NCBI RefSeq assembly: GCF_006345805.1
Contig: NW_021835940.1
Span: 1 to 37,191, forward strand
Reading direction: 5' to 3'
Source: Octopus sinensis
Lineage: Eukaryota
Length of the DNA: 37,191 nt
Below the pieces are notes generated by a model. It ran no database searches, was not told where the DNA came from, and was given only the letters and a program-made list of their open reading frames with translations. A program made the translations under genes and the position numbers. Of this stretch, positions 30,313 through 37,191 are shown one piece after another. How positions within the stretch are numbered: position 1 is the first letter of the stretch; each line of letters opens with the position of its first letter.

Positions 30313-33300
30313 CTAGCTCGGTTCATCAAACAACTATAAGTTTATGTAGATGTATAAAACTACCTGGTTTAATGTAACCCTATTCTATCGCCTGTTGATA
30401 AACGATGTTTGTCGTCCGTCCTTCCTTGGCATATATGAATAAATTTTCTCTTCTGCCTACCCTCGAGCATCCCACATACAGCTGTCCATGTGAAAAGCAC
30501 TCACTCTCTAAAAATAACCCAACTACCTTTAATGACTGTCCCTGGGCCTTGTTTATTGTCATTGCAAAACTCATCCTCAAAGGAAATTGCAGCCTTTTAA
30601 ATCTAAATGGTAATTCATCAGAAATTATCGGAATTCGTGGAATATAAACATCCTCACCTCTATACTTACCTGTTAATATCGTCGCCTCTATTACGTTAGC
30701 CATCAAATTTTTGATAACTAACCTCGTTCCGTTGCATAATTTAGGTGGCGCAAGATTTCGTAATAAAACCACTGGAACGCCTATCTTTAATTTTAAAAGA
30801 TGATTCGGCATTCCAGAGGGATCTAAGGAGTTTAAAAATTCAACCGGATATTCGCAGGCTCTTTCATGGTCCATAATAACGTCTACCGATTTATATATTC
30901 TTTCTTCTCCAGGGATTTTGATTAATAAATCTAAATTTATATTAAGTACCTCATCATTTAGCGGAGCTAATATAGCCCGTTCACGAAGCCAGTCGAAATT
31001 CCTGTAGTGTTCTGATAGTTCAGAATATACTGAACTGAATAATTCTTCTGCTGTATTCACATATATACATAATTCTTCCGGTAGACTGATTTTCTGATCC
31101 TGTATATCTGAAGTAATTGCCCCATTTCCAATATCTAAAAGGATATTTGGAAATATGCTATTGACGCCTTGTAAATGTGCACGTACATTTACATCTAAGC
31201 TTACCTTTTTGACGTGTGTCCACAGGTATGACGATTTGAGGCAGGCATTCAATTCATCCGCAGGCGTCCCTCTTTGAATAATTGGCAGAGTTTGTCTAAA
31301 ATCACCTGCCAATACAACTATTGCTCCCCAAACAACAGTTCCTCACAATCTTGATATCTCTATATGTTCTGTCGACTGCTTCGAATGCGCCCTTATGAGC
31401 CATTGTGCATTCATCCCAAACAATTAACCTAGAATTCATAATTCTATAACCCGCAACTGAATTTTTTTTACATTACAAACCGGTTCAGTATTGTAAGACA
31501 GTTCAAGGGAATGTTGAATGTTGAATGTGCTGTTCGACCTCCATCTAAAAGAGTTGCAGCAATTCCAGACGATGCAACTGCTAATGCTATTAGATTGTCG
31601 CTTCTCACCTTTGCTAACAATAAATTTAGAAGATAGGTCTTACCTGTACCACCTGGTGCATCAATAAAGATGATAGAACCATTTTCTTCTTGGATGACTC
31701 GGTTAATTTCTCTGTATATTTCCAACTGCCCAGGTAATAAGCTTTGTTCTCTTTCTTCCACAATTTTTTGAAGTTCTTCTAAATTATAATGCTCATCTAA
31801 AAAATTTATATTATGAAGATCACTGATTGTTAAACCAAATCACTTACACTCTTACCTACGACAGATATTAGCAATCTGTCTATCATGATTAATCCAATGT
31901 TGAAAATCTCTTCATCAAAAATCGATCTATTCTTCTCTCTTATATATCTTCGCACATGCTTTCTCGATGCCCTTCCCACAGTTGCTTAGGATTAGCTAAC
32001 CCACAATGGGCTAGCATCAAAGTATATAAATACCTTAGTCGCGATGGAGAATCTGCAATTGCGGCTTCTGTTAAAGTCTGATTCCAGAGGTTGTCATCCT
32101 CTAAAAGACCTAATTTAAACAGGCTTCTCTGTATGTTTCGCAGAGTACACCATTGACAGTCCGCAGATCAGTGAATGATTCTGGCCCTCGAATGTTGTGC
32201 AAAAGTAACCTAACACAATAACATTCAAAATTATTTGGATGCACGGTATATACTCTACCCATGCATCCGTACTTACAATATCGTTATGTCCTTTTTACTG
32301 GCTCTCCTCTTATCCTTCTTTTAAATTTCTTTCCGGCCACTTCCCACGTATAATATCTAGGAACATCAACATAATAAATTGTCTTCGCAAATTCATCAGT
32401 CCGACATAATTCAAAGTAGGCCATAAGCGTTGAATTTTTTGGATTCATAACTTGATTACGGGCAGTTTCTTCTCTAAAATATATCCTTTGTCCATTTTCC
32501 AAGTGGCACCGCTAAATGCATACTAATGGATATCTTTCATGAATCGGATATCCGAAAATTCTCCATGCTCCTTCATTACTGCAGATGAATCGTCCATGCT
32601 GAAAAAAGCTTGGCTCGTCACGCTGCTCAATTGTAAAAATTGCTTGATCAGACCCTTTATTAATGTATTTACATACATATTTAATTGATCTAATAGAATT
32701 ACAAAATTCCACATTAATATGTGCATCAAAAATCTTACATAACAGAGGATTATAAGGTACCACCCACCTGTTGTCAATTGTTATTTCATTTTCTTTTCCT
32801 TCGTGGAGAGTTGCAGTAATCCTCCTTCAGCTGTGCCCCTTCTTCGGTAAAGCGGAAATCCATTTTCACCTGTTTGCGTATTATATATTAAGTTTTTAGG
32901 GTACCCTTTAGAACACTTACCATTTCGCATACACGGTGATGATCGTATACATGCCACATGGACCATGTATCATATTTCTTTTTATGATCTCGTATAATTC
33001 TCTATCTCATTTGGATTTGGCAATTCTGCCCGTATGCAATCGTCTATTTCTGTAGCCCTAATTTAGTGACTAACCATAACAATATGTGTATATGTGGCAA
33101 ACCTCTTTTTTGCCACTCTACTGTATACATGTGGCATCTGTCTTTCCAAATATCTGTCCCTTGTGAGAAGATCCATCATCTTATCGACTTTCCGTTTAAA
33201 AACTCTCGCAATGATGTCTTGTCTATACTCTGCCTTTTGCCCTATAAATATGTTATCACTAATTTCTGGCCATTTTTGATTACATGTAAAAGTGATAAAC

Positions 33301-36300
33301 AAATCCGGTGTTCCGTAATTTCTTACGTACGTCATCGCATCTTGTGTGCGTTCATGCATATATCTTGGTCCTCCCGTGAATGACGACGGCAAAATAACCA
33401 TTAGACCTACATCAGTTACATTACCATCATTAATTATTGCATCTCTTAGATGTATATACTCCTCAGCTCTTAGTTTTCGCTGATTTAAACGAATGTAGAG
33501 AAGTCTCTCTGCTTCTATCTTTGCATACATATCTACAATAAACTGATTAAATAAATGTCCTGTACGATGAATCATGTTGAAATCTTGCTCTCGTATCATT
33601 AACCTATAAGAATAAAATTCCATACAACTGGTTTTTTTAGTGGTTGTTAAACCAGTTGATGGATTGATATGCATTACCCTAAAATTGTAGCCATCCTCTC
33701 CTCTGGGGAATATTAATGGGTACTGAAGAGCATCGTATGATCGATGCGTTTCTGAAATTCTCATTAATCCAGTGGATCTTTTGTTTATGATAATGTCTCT
33801 AGTATCATATTGTTGACCTACTATTAAAATTCCTACCTGGTTTGATGTTGGTGCGTTGTATCGACGCTCATGTTCATTTGCAGGTGTTCTATCTGCATGT
33901 ATAACCACCCTATAATCTTCATCAGTTGTAGATCCAGGATCGATCTAAATGATAAAATAATGTATTGCAAATTTGCAACATATTCTGTAACGAACTTATA
34001 ATATCTGCACGTAGTCTTTGATCTGTTAACATCTTTGGTTAAATTGATCCTCGTGATTATCTATAAAGTAAATTGTAAAAATTTAAAATCTTCGCCATCA
34101 TTTGGCAGTAGTGACCCCATCCTATGATATACCTGCCCAAGCACTTTGAATGTTGGCATATAGCCATTCGGTTTGAAATTACCGCTTGTCCCAAAAGATG
34201 TCATCTGAAAAGCATTATTGTACCTGCGAATATTATCAATGAAGTGCCTAGAAGAAGGTGTTTCATTTCTTAACAGTGTTAGAAGAGGTTCTGGAGGCGC
34301 CTCTAAAGCTGGTAAACGTACCTTTCCCCGACTGCAGCAGATCCCAATAGTTTCCCCCTTAAATTTCATTGCTAAGCACCAACTGCATTTTTCCATTAAA
34401 GAACCTACATTACCTAAATTTCTATACTCAATTCCCCTATTATAATTAAATCCAGTGTTTTCTAAACCAATAGAATTTGATACCCTACTATTCCTGCGTG
34501 AAACTCGTAGTCGATTTTCTGTCTGATGTTCATCTTGAGTTAGTTGGTTCCTCCTAACTGAATTTCTTCTTGTGTTCCGATCTCGTCGGCATTCCCTTTG
34601 TTCTTGTGACTCTTGTTCCCTACTAATAGCCGTTGCCATTCTATCTTGTTCTTGCCTATGTTCCCTCTGTTCTTGAGTCTCTTGTTCCCTACTAATAGCA
34701 GTTCCCATTCTATCTTGCTCTTGCCTATGTTCCCTTTGTTCTTGTGTCTCTTGTTCCCTACTAATAGCCTTCCCCATTCTATCTTGTTCTTGTCTATGTT
34801 CCCTCTGTTCTTGTGACTCTTGTTCCCTACTAATAGCCGTTCCATTCTATCTTGTTCTTGTCTATGTTCCTCTGCTTGTGACTCTTGTTCCCTAGTAACA
34901 GCCGTTCCCATTCTATCTTGTCTTGTCTATGATCCCTCTGTTCTTGTGACTCTTGTTCCCTACTAATAGCCGTTGCCATTCTATCTTGTTCTTGCCTATG
35001 TTCCCTCTGTTCTTGATATCTTGTTCCCTACTAATAGCTTTCCCATTCTATCTTGTTCTTGTCTATTTCCCTCTGTTCTTGTGACTCTTGTTCCCTACTA
35101 ATAGCCGTTGCCATTCTATCTTGTTCTTGTCTATGTTCCCTCTGTTCTTGTGACTCTTGTTCCCTAGTAACAGCCGTTCCCATTCTATCTTGTTCTTGTC
35201 TATGATCCCTCTGTTCTTGTGACTCTTGTTCCCTACTAATAGCCGTTGCCATTCTATCTTGTTCTTGCCTATGTTCCCTCTGTTCTTGAGTCTCTTGTTC
35301 CCTACTAATAGCAGTTCCCATTCTATCTTGTTCTTGTCTATGTTCCCTCTGTTCTTGAGTCTCTTGTTCCCTACTAATAGCAGTTCCCATTCTATCTTGC
35401 TCTTGCCTATGTTCCCTCTGTTCTTGAGTCTCTTGTTCCCTACGAATAGCAGTTCCCATTCTATCTTGCTCTTGCCTATGTTCCCTTTGTTCTTGTGTCT
35501 CTTGTTCCCTACTAATAGCCTTCCCCATTCTATCTTGTTCTTGTCTATGTTCCCTCTGTTCTTGTGTCTCTTGTTCCCTACTAATAGCCTTCCCCATTCT
35601 ATCTTGTTCTTGTCTATGTTCCCTCTGTTCTTGTGACTCTTGTTCGCTACTAATAGCCTTCCCCATTCGATCTTGTTCGTGTCTATGATCCCTCTGTTCT
35701 TGTGACTCTTGTTCCCTACTAATAGCCGTTGCCATTCTATCTTGTTCTTGCCTATGTTCCCTCTGTTCTTGAGTCTCTTGTTCCCTACTAATAGCAGTTC
35801 CCATTCTATCTTGGTCTTGCCTATGTTCCCTTTGTTCTTGTGTCTCTTGTTCCCTACTAATAGCCTTCCCCATTCTATCTTGTTCTTGTCTATGTTCCCT
35901 CTGTACTTGAGTCTCTTGTTCCCTACTAATAGCAGTACCCATTCTATCTTGTTCTTGCCTATGTTCCCTTTGTTCCTGTGTCTCTTGTTCCCTACTAATA
36001 GCCTTCCCCATTCTATCTTGTTCTTGCCTATGTTCCCTCTGTTCTTGTGACTCTTGTTCCCTACTAATAGCCTTCCCCATCTATCTTGTTCTTGTCTATG
36101 TTCCTCTGTTCTTGTGACTCTTGTTCTAGTAATAGCCTTACCCATTCTATCTTGTTCTTTTCTGAAATTCCTCATATCATCGGTCTCTTGCCTCCTTCTT
36201 ATAGTTGCTCTTAATCTGTTGCATTCTTGTCGATGTTCCTTTTGATCTTGTGACTCGGATGCCCTTTTCATAGCCATTCGCAATCTATTCTTTTCTCGTC

Positions 36301-36330
36301 TAAATTTGAGATCGAAAACGTCTCATTTGA
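30313..36330 (-). mobile_element. Helitron with frameshifted RepHel (5' end not located)
   Basis: C..C.A…CC..GK zinc finger, FQMTSFG, YDALQYPL, LPSSFTGGPRYM, PDLFITFTCN (Rep motif 1), frameshifted EWQKRGLPHIH (HUH), KYVCKYINKG (Y2), PIF1 helicase [23 protein letters not shown] and FSHGQLYV. CTAG|T 3' end at 30313. Confidence 0.95.
34590..36160 (-). repeat. 69-bp coding tandem repeat (~22 units), 23-aa STPR-like
   Basis: Unit E(T/S)QEQREHRQEQDRM(G/A)(K/T)AISREQ is in frame with the RepHel N-terminus (ORF 34061..34777). Confidence 0.92.
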
Positions 36331-36794
36331 ACTATTTACTTTAATTTTAAATTTATTATCTAGACTAACACTTATATCATCGAAACTATATCGTTTAAAA
36401 TTATTATTTCCTACACTAATTTTTTACGTTTGTGCTACATAAATTATCTAAAAACCTGTGTATTTTCCAAAATTCTTTGTTCTCAATAGGTAATCCGTTT
36501 CCATACACTAAAAATAAATCTAATATTAATACCTCTTTACTTAAGTTTATTTTCTCGAAACGGATCGATTGATTATCTTCTGACAACTGATGACTAGGGC
36601 AACCAAAAAATTGCACTTTTAATAAAAAAATTGCAAAAATGAATTTTAAAAAATTGTAAAAAATTGCAAAAAATAATTTTTTTTAATTGTAAACATTACA
36701 TTATGCAAAAAATTAACGAAATTATTTTTGTATAGGAAATCAATATTCCTGAACATTTTCAGGTTTAAAGTTCCTCTCTTTACTAGAATTTTCG

Positions 36795-36990
36795 TCAAAA
36801 GAGATATTGCCCTTTCGATAGATGCTGAAGATGCATCAACAAAAAATTTGTGTCACACCGTACAACAGATTGAGCAATTGGAGCAAAATAATTCCCTTCA
36901 CTGTCAATAACAAACTCGGGGAATTTCTTTGCATAAAATGAAATTTTCTGTGACACTGTCCTTTTACCATTACAACAAACAACTAAAACA
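36795..36990 (-). pseudogene. Decayed zinc-finger-like segment (CGGBP1/BED-like)
   Basis: KKFPEFVIDSEG then, after a frameshift, FCSNC…VRCDT.FFVD resembles F..DG..LFC..C…V….K..V..H. Confidence 0.35.
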
Positions 36991-37191
36991 CGTTTTAATA
37001 ATCTTTTACTTATTTTTTTTGAGAAAACAAAAATTAAACGAAAATTAAAAATTAATTGATATTCTCTCTTCTCTCTAGGGGAACTACTCCGTTGACCGGT
37101 CATGTCTTGACACCTCTCCTCTTCGTATTGCAGTAAGAAGCAGACTCCTCTGGCAAGTCAACTGACACTCCCAGTTCTTCTCCTCTAGCGA

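Noticed and set aside
34540-36283. Overlapping proteins in alternative frames and on the antisense strand of the 69-bp array
   Set aside because: A stop-free 3n unit keeps several frames open automatically. Only the EQREHR frame joins RepHel.
37090-37191. Possible retrotransposon ORF end at the window edge
   Set aside because: Too short to support any motif.

Overview
AT-rich eukaryotic (metazoan-like) nuclear DNA with ultra-short spliceosomal introns. About 20 GT-AG introns of 21-31 nt were reconstructed by hand, which suggests, but does not prove, a dicyemid-type or similarly miniaturised animal parasite genome. The first ~11 kb is gene-dense: FAM183/CFAP144, an MCT/SLC16-like transporter, MICU1 and RPA49/POLR1E, all on the minus strand. 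The rest is a nested transposon cluster. (i) A 9.5-kb segment is bounded by hAT TIRs and an 8-bp TSD (GTCTAAAC) and encloses a CPES-like CDP-alcohol phosphatidyltransferase gene, a cathepsin I29 fragment and several other TEs. (ii) A second Buster-type hAT sits at the same target site with an inverted copy of itself inside it. (iii) Also present are a near-intact Ac/ZBED hAT, two Tc1 elements, a LINE RT, three CRE-like 3' ends, and a 1-kb TGT..ACA TIR element with X-box-like motifs and a telomere-like 60-bp array. (iv) A Helitron has ~22 STPR-like 23-aa repeats in its RepHel and lacks its own 3' terminator, while an intact terminator copy lies 4.6 kb downstream. Many single-base frameshifts lie in homopolymers, so some pseudogene calls may be sequencing errors. 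All family assignments come from motif recognition, not database searches.
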